Shown here in pieces: positions 54,000-61,779 of a stretch of 64,000 nucleotides of DNA. A program made the position numbers and the translations under genes. Every line of letters begins with the position of its first letter. Positions within the stretch are counted from its first letter, which is position 1. The DNA comes from an uncultured Planctomycetota bacterium (GTDB lineage: Bacteria > Planctomycetota > PLA2 > JAEUHO01): contig CAVVXN010000005.1 of NCBI GenBank assembly GCA_963752285.1, forward strand, positions 1,184,001 to 1,248,000. Reading direction: 5' to 3'. The notes beneath the pieces are model-generated. The model was not told the origin of the DNA. It made no database searches and was given only the letters and a program-made list of their open reading frames with translations.

Positions 54000-54982
54000 G
54001 CCTCGTCCTCGACCAGGAAGCAGCGCGCGAGGCGTCCCCGACCCGCCGGGACGAGGCGCGGGGCCTCGGCGCGGCAGCGCTCGATCGCCGAGGAACAGCG
54101 CGGCCAGAAGGCGCACGTCCCCTCGGCGCCGCGATCGAGGAGGCTCCCCGGCGCGGGCGCGCGCGGGGCCTCGGGCGTCTTGCCGTCCACGCGCGGGACG
54201 CTTCGGAGCAGCGCCTGGGTGTAGGGGTGGCGGGGCGCCCCGAAGAGGGCGTGGACGCCCGCCTCCTCCACGACGCGCCCGGCGTACATCACGAGCACGC
54301 GGTCGGCGGCTCCGGCCACGACGCCCAGGTCGTGCGTCACGAGGAGCATCGCCATCCCCCGCGACTCCCGGTGCCGCCGGAGCAGGTCGAGCACCTCGGC
54401 CTGGACCGTCACGTCGAGCGCCGTCGTCGGCTCGTCCGCGAGGAGCAGGTCGGGGTCGCCGAGGAGTGCCATCGCGACGAGAACGCGTTGCCGCATCCCG
54501 CCCGAGAGCTGGTGAGGCCACCCGCGCGCGCGGCGGGCGGCGTCGGCGATCCCCACGTGCTCGAGGATCTCGACCGCGCGGCGCCGTGCCTCGCGCCGGG
54601 AGAGGCCCGCGTGGCGGGCGACCTCCTCGAGCTGCGTGCCGACCCGGAGGTACGGGTTCAGCGCCGACATCGGGTCCTGGAACACGACGGCGATGCGGCG
54701 GCCCCGGATCCGCCGGAGCACGCGCTCCGGACGGCCGACGAGGTCCTCCCCGTCGAAGACGATCCGCCCACTCGCCACGCGGCCCGCCGGACGGGGCAAG
54801 AGGCCCAGGAGGGCGAGGTTCGTGGCCGTCTTGCCGGAGCCCGACTCCCCCACCAAGCCCACGACCTCGCCGCGCGCGACCCGGAACGAGACGTGGTCCA
54901 CCGCGCGTACCTCGCCCGCGTCGGTGCGGAAGACGACGGACAGGTCTTCCACCTCGAGGAGCGTCGGCTCCGCCCGGGTCAT
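53996..54982 (-). CDS. oppD: Oligopeptide/dipeptide ABC transporter ATP-binding protein (OppD-like)
   Basis: GESGSGKT, FQDPMSALNP, LSGGMRQR, ADEPTTALDVTVQA. Confidence 0.93.
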   Translation of the reverse strand: MTRAEPTLLEVEDLSVVFRTDAGEVRAVDHVSFRVARGEVVGLVGESGSGKTATNLALLGLLPRPAGRVASGRIVFDGEDLVGRPERVLRRIRGRRIAVVFQDPMSALNPYLRVGTQLEEVARHAGLSRREARRRAVEILEHVGIADAARRARGWPHQLSGGMRQRVLVAMALLGDPDLLLADEPTTALDVTVQAEVLDLLRRHRESRGMAMLLVTHDLGVVAGAADRVLVMYAGRVVEEAGVHALFGAPRHPYTQALLRSVPRVDGKTPEAPRAPAPGSLLDRGAEGTCAFWPRCSSAIERCRAEAPRLVPAGRGRLARCFLVEDEA

Positions 54983-55884
54983 CGGTCCCCCGATCTCGGA
55001 TCGAGCACGTCTCGGAGGCCGTCGCCGAGGAAGTTCAGCGAGAGGAGCGTCACGGCGAGGAACACGCTCGGCCAGACCAGCAGCCAGGCGTACGAGCGCA
55101 CGGGGTTCACGACGTTCACCGCCTCGGACACGAGCTGGCCCCAGGAGAGCGACAGCCCCAGACCGAGGTACGAGAGGAACGACTCCAGCAGAATGACGGC
55201 CGGCACCGACAGGGTCGCGTAGACGAGGACCACGCCGAGGACGTTCGGAACCACGTGCCGGAGGAGGATCCGCGCGTCGCTCGCGCCGAGCACCCGCGCC
55301 GCCAGCACGAACTCGCGGTCCCGGAGCGAGAGGACGTGTCCCCGGACGATGCGCGCCATCGTCAGCCACTGGACGAGGCCGAGGGCCACGAACACGGGGA
55401 CCGGGTTGCCACGCGCCGTGTCCTCGAACATCAGCATCACCAGGATCGCCAGGAAGACGAACGGGATGCCGTAGAGGAAGTCCACGAAGCGCATCATGAC
55501 CTCGTCGAGGCGGCCGCCGTAGTAGCCCGCGACGGCACCGTACGCGGTGCCCACGACGACGGTCACGAACGTCGCGGCGAGACCGACGAGCAACGATGTC
55601 CGACCGCCCGCGAGCACGCGCACGAGGTACGAACGGCCGAGGTCGTCGCGTCCGAAGGGCTCGGACCAGCTCGGCGCCTCGAGGGCGAGGTCCACGTGCT
55701 GGGTCTCGGCGTCCTTGCCGACGAGGAGGTGGAGGAGCGGCGGACCGACGAACGCGAGGAGGAAGACAACGAGGAGCAGCACGGCGCCCGCGGCCGCCGC
55801 GCGGTTCGCGAACAGCCTCCGAAGCACGCGCCGGCCGGGCGGGAGGACGGCGCGGATCGGGGTCGGGTCGGCGGCGGGTCTCAC
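54979..55884 (-). CDS. oppC: Oligopeptide ABC transporter permease (OppC-like)
   Basis: FGRDDLGR, GGRTSL, EFVLAARVLGAS..RI..RH..PN, ESFLSYLGLG, NFLGDGLRD.LDPR. Confidence 0.93.
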   Translation of the reverse strand: MRPAADPTPIRAVLPPGRRVLRRLFANRAAAAGAVLLLVVFLLAFVGPPLLHLLVGKDAETQHVDLALEAPSWSEPFGRDDLGRSYLVRVLAGGRTSLLVGLAATFVTVVVGTAYGAVAGYYGGRLDEVMMRFVDFLYGIPFVFLAILVMLMFEDTARGNPVPVFVALGLVQWLTMARIVRGHVLSLRDREFVLAARVLGASDARILLRHVVPNVLGVVLVYATLSVPAVILLESFLSYLGLGLSLSWGQLVSEAVNVVNPVRSYAWLLVWPSVFLAVTLLSLNFLGDGLRDVLDPRSGDR

Positions 55885-57065
55885 GCCCCCTCCCGCACGC
55901 GGGGGTCGAGCCACGCGTACGCGAGATCCACGACCAGGTTGAAGACCGTCAGCATGGCGAAGTACACGATCGCCGTGCCGAGCACGACGGCGTAGTCGCG
56001 CCCCGTGGCGCTCCGGACGAACCACTGTCCGAGCCCGGGGATCCCGAAGAGCTGCTCGACCACGAACGACCCCGTGAGGATCCCGGCGGCGGCCGGGCCC
56101 AGGAACGAGACCACGGGGAGGACCGCGCCGCGGATCGCGTGCCGCCACACGACCTCGCGCTCGGAGAGGCCCTTCGCGCGTGCGGTGCGGATGAAGTCCT
56201 GCTGCATCACCTCGAGCGTGCCGGCGCGCGCGAGGCGGGCGACGTACGCGGCATACGGCAGCCCCAGCGTGAGCGCGGGGAGCACGAGGTGTCGCCAGGT
56301 CCCCCATCCCGCAACGGGGAACCACCCGAGCCGGAACGAGAAGAGCAGGATCAGGCCCGCGCCGATCACGAAGTTGGGGATCGAGATCCCGATCGTGGCG
56401 AGCGCCATGCCGCCGTGGTCGCTCGCGGACCCGGGCCGGAGCCCCGCTCGGACGCCGAGCGCGAGGCCCAGGCCGACTGCGAGGAGGAGGGCGAGGAGGC
56501 CCAGGCTCGCGCTGACCGGCAGCGCGGGCAGCAGGAGGTCGAGGACCGACCGACCCTGCACCTTGATCGAGGGCCCGAGCGAGCCGGTCGTGGCCAGGCG
56601 CCCCACGTATCCCGCGAAGAAACCGAGCGGCGTGTCGGCCACGCCGAACCGGGCGCGCTCGGCGGCCTCGACGGCGCGACTCGTGCCCCGCTCCGAGTCG
56701 AAGGGGCTGCCCGGCGCGAGGTAGAGGAGGACCGAGACCACGAACACCAGCAGCACCATCAGCGGCACCGCGAATGCGACCCGCCGACTCACGCGCCGCG
56801 GGAAGAGCCACCAGGTCGCGAGGCCGGTCGCGGTCGCGACGGCGGCGCCCCACGCGTCCCCGAGCCCGAGACGTGCCGCCCCGCCGGCGAGGAGGGCGAG
56901 GTAGACCGCGGCCAGCAGGCCGGTCGCGCGGCGGGGGAGCCAGGCCGTCCCCACCACCCAGAGGACGAGCCCCGAGAGGACGGCCGCCTCCGCGAACCCC
57001 ACGCCCACGCCGACGCCGGCGAAGAGGAGGACCAGGACGAGGGCCGGCGCGACGAGCCGCCTCAT
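55881..57065 (-). CDS. oppB: Oligopeptide ABC transporter permease (OppB-like) with extra N-terminal TM helices
   Basis: APGSPF, SIPNFV, QDFIRTARAKGL, VVEQLFGIPGLG, NLVVDLAYAWLDPRV. Confidence 0.92.
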   Translation of the reverse strand: MRRLVAPALVLVLLFAGVGVGVGFAEAAVLSGLVLWVVGTAWLPRRATGLLAAVYLALLAGGAARLGLGDAWGAAVATATGLATWWLFPRRVSRRVAFAVPLMVLLVFVVSVLLYLAPGSPFDSERGTSRAVEAAERARFGVADTPLGFFAGYVGRLATTGSLGPSIKVQGRSVLDLLLPALPVSASLGLLALLLAVGLGLALGVRAGLRPGSASDHGGMALATIGISIPNFVIGAGLILLFSFRLGWFPVAGWGTWRHLVLPALTLGLPYAAYVARLARAGTLEVMQQDFIRTARAKGLSEREVVWRHAIRGAVLPVVSFLGPAAAGILTGSFVVEQLFGIPGLGQWFVRSATGRDYAVVLGTAIVYFAMLTVFNLVVDLAYAWLDPRVREGA

Positions 57066-59104
57066 CGCGCCGTCTCCCCGTCCCGTACGTACAGGTCGCG
57101 AAGCGGCACCACGTCGAGCAGGTCGGGCCGCGCGGCCGCCTCCGACCCGGCGGGCGGCATCGGGAAGCCGCCGACGCGGGGGCTCACGAGGCCGCTCCAG
57201 ACGTACACGTAGAGCGGAAGCACCGGGAACGCCTCGCCGACGAGGATCGCCTCCGCCTCGGAGAGGAGGTCGAGGCGCAGCGCGGCCAGGGCCTCGATCC
57301 GCGCGCGGCCCGGCGGCGCCTCGCGGCAGCGGTCGAGGAGCCGGTGCGCCCTCGCGGGGTCCGAGAGCCCATCGATCCACGGTTCGGGCTGGGCGACGAA
57401 CGACCCGACGTCGGCGGCGAATCGGATCAACCGGTCGTAGCGCGCGTCGGACCACCCGGTTCGGTTGTTGCCGCCGTTGGTGACGAAGCAGTCGAGGAAG
57501 GTCGAGGGATCGACGGTGTCCGCCACCCACGACGCGCGGGCGAGGTCGTAGTCGAGGTCCCGCACGCTCTGCTGGTACGTCTGCCACTCCTGGTTGTAGG
57601 CCTCCACGTCGAGGCCCAGGTTCTGCCGCAGCTGGTACGCCACGTTCTCGGCGATCTTCCGGTGCGCCTCGGACGAGTTGTAGAGCAGCCCGATCTTTTC
57701 CATGCCGCGTCCGCCCGGATGGCCGGCGGCCGCGAGCAGGTCGCGGGCGCGCGCCGGGTCGAACGCGATCGCCGTCGCGGGCGACCGGTAGCCGGGGATC
57801 CCCGGCGGCACGAACGTCCGCGCGGGCGCGTTCCCGAGGCGGATCAGGTGATCGACGATCCGCTGCCGGTTCACGGCCAGGCACAAGGCCTCGCGCACGC
57901 GCGCGTCGTCGAACGGAGGCCGCGTGCAGTTGAACCGGTAGAAGTACACGCCGAGCCCCGGGCACCGGTAGAAGTCGCTCCGCCGGGCGAGGTCGTCCAC
58001 GAGGTCGTGCGGGTAGGAGCCCGAGATCCAGTCGAGCTCGCCCGTCAGGTAGAGGCCGAGCTGCGTGGCCGCGTTGTCGGTCGGGATCGCGTCCACGACC
58101 CCGAGGCGGATCCGGTCGCGGTCCCAGTACGTCTCGCTCCGCACCAGCCGGATCCGGTCGTTCACGCGCCACGACGCGAGGCGGAACGGGCCGTTCGACA
58201 CGATCGTCTCGGGGAGGAACCAGTCCGTCGCGCGCCCGGGCGCCTCGACGACGCGTCTCGGCACCGGGTACGTGGAGCGAAACGACGTGAGCTCGAGGAA
58301 CCCCGGCGTCACCGCCCGGAGCTCGACCACGAGGGTCCGGTCGTCTCGCGCGTACACCCCCGCGCTCACCCCGAAGACCCGCGCCGCCTCCCGCGCCGCC
58401 TCCCGCCGCCGGCGTCCCTCCGCACGGAGCGCCGGGACGAGGTCCTCGAGGCGGCGCGCCTCGAGCGTCCCGGCTCCCCACGCGAGGGCCTCGACCAGCC
58501 GCGGGTCGTCCGCCCCGGCGAGGGCCTCGGGCAGGCGCGCGTCTCGCACGAACTGCCGCCAGGCCGCGGCGGAGAGGCCCGCGGAGCTCGTGCGGGCCAG
58601 CGCCTCGAGCGCCCGAGCGGCGCCCCCCCCGCCTGCCGGGCCGCCGAGGAGCAGGTCCGCGCACGCGCCGTACGTGTGGAAGGCCTCCGCGTACCGGACC
58701 GGGTGGAGGAGGTACGCGTACCGGGAGGCGGTGTCGGGGTCGAGGAGGCGACGCCACGACCAGGCGAAGTCCCCGGCCGTGACGGGCCGGCCGTCGCTCC
58801 ACCGCGCCTCGGGCCTCAGGTGAAACGTCCAGACGAGGCCGTCGTCCGAGACGTTCCAGGACGACGCCACGCCGGGCGCGGGCGCGAACGACCTCGGGTC
58901 CAGGTGGGTGAGGCCCTCGAAGAGCGCGTCCTCGATCCGCCCCTCGGGCTCGCCGGTCCCGAGCGCGGGGTCGAGCGTCTGCGGCTCCGCCGCGTTCGCG
59001 AACACGAAGTCGGCGCGCCGGCGCGCGGTCGGAGAGAACGTGAGGGCGACCAGGCCGAGTGCGAGGCCGAACGCGGCCAGGAGGCAGAGCAGCGGTCGGA
59101 GCAT
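57062..59104 (-). CDS. oppA: Peptide ABC transporter substrate-binding protein 1 (OppA-like)
   Basis: EPQTLDP, LFEGL, WTFHLR..ARWSDG.PVTA.DF, SNGPFRL, PFDDARVR.AL. Confidence 0.92.
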   Translation of the reverse strand: MLRPLLCLLAAFGLALGLVALTFSPTARRRADFVFANAAEPQTLDPALGTGEPEGRIEDALFEGLTHLDPRSFAPAPGVASSWNVSDDGLVWTFHLRPEARWSDGRPVTAGDFAWSWRRLLDPDTASRYAYLLHPVRYAEAFHTYGACADLLLGGPAGGGGAARALEALARTSSAGLSAAAWRQFVRDARLPEALAGADDPRLVEALAWGAGTLEARRLEDLVPALRAEGRRRREAAREAARVFGVSAGVYARDDRTLVVELRAVTPGFLELTSFRSTYPVPRRVVEAPGRATDWFLPETIVSNGPFRLASWRVNDRIRLVRSETYWDRDRIRLGVVDAIPTDNAATQLGLYLTGELDWISGSYPHDLVDDLARRSDFYRCPGLGVYFYRFNCTRPPFDDARVREALCLAVNRQRIVDHLIRLGNAPARTFVPPGIPGYRSPATAIAFDPARARDLLAAAGHPGGRGMEKIGLLYNSSEAHRKIAENVAYQLRQNLGLDVEAYNQEWQTYQQSVRDLDYDLARASWVADTVDPSTFLDCFVTNGGNNRTGWSDARYDRLIRFAADVGSFVAQPEPWIDGLSDPARAHRLLDRCREAPPGRARIEALAALRLDLLSEAEAILVGEAFPVLPLYVYVWSGLVSPRVGGFPMPPAGSEAAARPDLLDVVPLRDLYVRDGETAR

Positions 59105-59170
59105 GCCTCCTCCCCGGCGCGCCGAGCCCGAGTGACGGCGCCGGACGGGCGGACCGGAACGGGGGATCTC

Positions 59171-61156
59171 TCAGTGCGTAGCGTTCGGGATCGAGCCCAC
59201 GTAGCCCGGCTGCTTCCAGGCGGCGTCCGAGCCGAGGCCCTTCGCGCCCCCCACGAGGTACGCGCGCTGGGGGATCACCAGCGGCACGACGACCGCCTCG
59301 TCGAGGAGACGACGTTCGGCCGACTCGAGGAGCGCCAGGCGGAGCGACTCCCGCTCGGCTTCGTTCCCGTGCGAGGCGGTCTGCGCCATCGTCCTGAGCG
59401 TCGCCTCCTCCGGCAGGCCCTTCGAACGCGCCTCGGCGTCGGCGACGAACGCGTCCACGTCGAGCGCCGCCTCGACGAGGCGCTCGTACTGGTCGTCGTG
59501 CCATCCCAGGCCCGACTGCGGGTGCTTCGGCAGGAAGAGCCCCACGTACGCGGAGGGGTCGGGCACGAGGCCTTCGATCTCGCCGAGGGCGACCTGGAAC
59601 GCCCCGGCGCGCCGCAGTCCGTCCATCTGCTCGGCGGTGTCGATGCGCAGGCCGAGGTCCAGGCCGAACGCCTTCTTCCAGCTCGCGAGGACCCGGTCGG
59701 CCACCTCATCCATGTACGGGCTCTCGAGGTAGTGGAGGTCCACCCACGGGAACTTCGTCGTGTCCACGCCCGCCGACTTCAAGGCCGCGATCGCCTGGGC
59801 CGCCGTCCCCGCCGGCGCGCAGGGCGGCGATCCCGTCGGCCGGACGAGCACCGGCGGGATCACGCGGGTCGCCGGGAGGGCCGTCGGCCAGAAGAGCTTC
59901 GCGATGCCGGCGCGGTCGATCGCCATCGCGAACGCACGGCGTACCTCGCGACGGTCGAAGGGAGGCCGGTCGCAACGGAACCGGAGGAGGATCACCCGGC
60001 CGGACGGAACGGCCTGGAACCCGTTCGCCTTCTCGGCCTGGGTCTTCAGCTCCTTCGGCGCGCTCGTCCATCCCTCGGCGAGGTCGGCGGCCCAGTCCGT
60101 CTGTCCCAGCGAGAGGCGCCGCAGGTGCTCCGCGGGCTTCTCGCCGGTGGTGCACTTGACCTCCTCCGACTGCCCGCGTCGGGGACCGTCGTACGTCTTG
60201 CTGCGCACGAGCTCGACGACCGTCAGGGGGTTCGGCGTGTCCCGTCCCTGCCGCACGACGCGCCCCGTGCGGACGTAGGGACCGTTCGTCGGGAGCGCGG
60301 CGGGGTCGAACGCGTCCTGACCGCCTTGGAGCGTCTTCGGGTGGAGCGGCACGAACGGCGCGCGCGCGAGGAGCGCGGGGAGCCACGGGGCGCGCCCCGT
60401 CAGGTGGATCTCGAGCGTCTGGTCGTCCTTCGGGATCACGCCCATCGTCGTCCCGAACGCGTCGAACGCGTCCCGCGCCTGCCTCTTGTACTTGTCGCGG
60501 ACGCTCTTCAGCGCACGGAGCACGTTCTCGACCTTGTCCTTGGGGAACACGTCCGAACCCCAACGCAGGAAGCGCTTCACGTCGGGGTCGCTCTCGTCCT
60601 CGAGGTACGGTCGCACGCCCGTCTCCTCGAGAACCGTCTGCACTTCCTTGCCCTCGACCCCCTTGTCCGACACGTCGTCCTTGAGGCGCCGGGTGGTCTC
60701 GAAGAGGACGCTCACGGCGAGCTGTCCGTCCGCGATCGTCGCGGCACCCTCCATCGACCGGAACGCCCACGACCACGAAGAGGGGGCGTAGGGATCGAGC
60801 ATGCGCCGCCACGCCGCGACGAAGTCGGAGGCCTTGACCGGGCTCCCGTCGCTCCACTTCGCGCCGGCCCGGAGCTGGAAGGTCCAGGTCTTGCCGTCGG
60901 GGGACACCTGCCAGGACCGCGCCGCCGCCGGCACGACCTCTCCCGTGGTGGGGTCGTACGCCGTGAGCGGGTCGAAGAGGGCGAGGATCAACCGTTCGTC
61001 GTTCGGGTGGACCGCGTCGTGCGGATCTACGACGCTGAAGAACGGCGCGGAGTAGGAGAAGGGCCGGGTCTCGTCCGCGGCGGGACCGATCGTCCCGATC
61101 GAGGCGAGCGCGACCTGGGCTACGGCCAGCGCGAACCAGCGGCGGAACCGGCGCAT
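59171..61156 (-). CDS. oppA: Peptide ABC transporter substrate-binding protein 2 (OppA-like)
   Basis: ATG 61156 after GGGAGG, signal peptide, WTFQLR..AKWSDG.PV.A.DF, TNGPY, PPFD..EVRRAF. Confidence 0.88.
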   Translation of the reverse strand: MRRFRRWFALAVAQVALASIGTIGPAADETRPFSYSAPFFSVVDPHDAVHPNDERLILALFDPLTAYDPTTGEVVPAAARSWQVSPDGKTWTFQLRAGAKWSDGSPVKASDFVAAWRRMLDPYAPSSWSWAFRSMEGAATIADGQLAVSVLFETTRRLKDDVSDKGVEGKEVQTVLEETGVRPYLEDESDPDVKRFLRWGSDVFPKDKVENVLRALKSVRDKYKRQARDAFDAFGTTMGVIPKDDQTLEIHLTGRAPWLPALLARAPFVPLHPKTLQGGQDAFDPAALPTNGPYVRTGRVVRQGRDTPNPLTVVELVRSKTYDGPRRGQSEEVKCTTGEKPAEHLRRLSLGQTDWAADLAEGWTSAPKELKTQAEKANGFQAVPSGRVILLRFRCDRPPFDRREVRRAFAMAIDRAGIAKLFWPTALPATRVIPPVLVRPTGSPPCAPAGTAAQAIAALKSAGVDTTKFPWVDLHYLESPYMDEVADRVLASWKKAFGLDLGLRIDTAEQMDGLRRAGAFQVALGEIEGLVPDPSAYVGLFLPKHPQSGLGWHDDQYERLVEAALDVDAFVADAEARSKGLPEEATLRTMAQTASHGNEAERESLRLALLESAERRLLDEAVVVPLVIPQRAYLVGGAKGLGSDAAWKQPGYVGSIPNATH

Positions 61157-61290
61157 CGTCGTCCTCCCTTTCCGGTGCGGCCCCTCGCGCCGACCGGGGG
61201 ACGCGCCGGGCCCGGCCAGAACGGCGGGCCACGGGCGCGGCCCGCGGGACGACGTCCTCGGGCACGCGGGGCTCTTGTCGGCGCCGGGGC

Positions 61291-61779
61291 TCAGGGCCGC
61301 CTCGACGCCCGTCTCGTGAGGGCCTCGAGCACGGAGGGCGGCACCCAGGCCGAGACGTCTCCGCCCAGGGACGCCACCTCGCGCACGAGCGTGGACGATA
61401 CCATGGCCGTCTCGGGAGAGGGCGCCATGAGCAGCGTCTCCACGCCCGGCGCCAGTCGACCGTTCGCGACCGCCATCTCGAGCTCGTACTCGTAGTCGCG
61501 CACCGTGCGCACGCCGCGGAGGAGCACGGTCGCGCCGCGTCTCCTCGCGTGCTCGACCAGGAGTCCGTCGAACGGCTCCACCGTCACGGTCGCCAGGTCG
61601 GCCACGAGCGGACGGATCAGTGCCGCGCGCTCGTCCTGCGCGAGCCAGGTGCCCGGGCGCGACGAGCCCACGCACACGATCAGCGCGTCGAACAGCCGCG
61701 CGCCGCGCCGGACGAGGTCCAGGTGTCCGTACGTCACCGGGTCGAACGTGCCCGGGAGGAGGGCGGTGATCGGTCTCAC
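61291..61779 (-). CDS. coaD: Phosphopantetheine adenylyltransferase
   Basis: PGTFDPVTYGHLD, LRGVR...DYEYE, VSSTLVREVA..GGDV. Confidence 0.96.
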   Translation of the reverse strand: MRPITALLPGTFDPVTYGHLDLVRRGARLFDALIVCVGSSRPGTWLAQDERAALIRPLVADLATVTVEPFDGLLVEHARRRGATVLLRGVRTVRDYEYELEMAVANGRLAPGVETLLMAPSPETAMVSSTLVREVASLGGDVSAWVPPSVLEALTRRASRRP

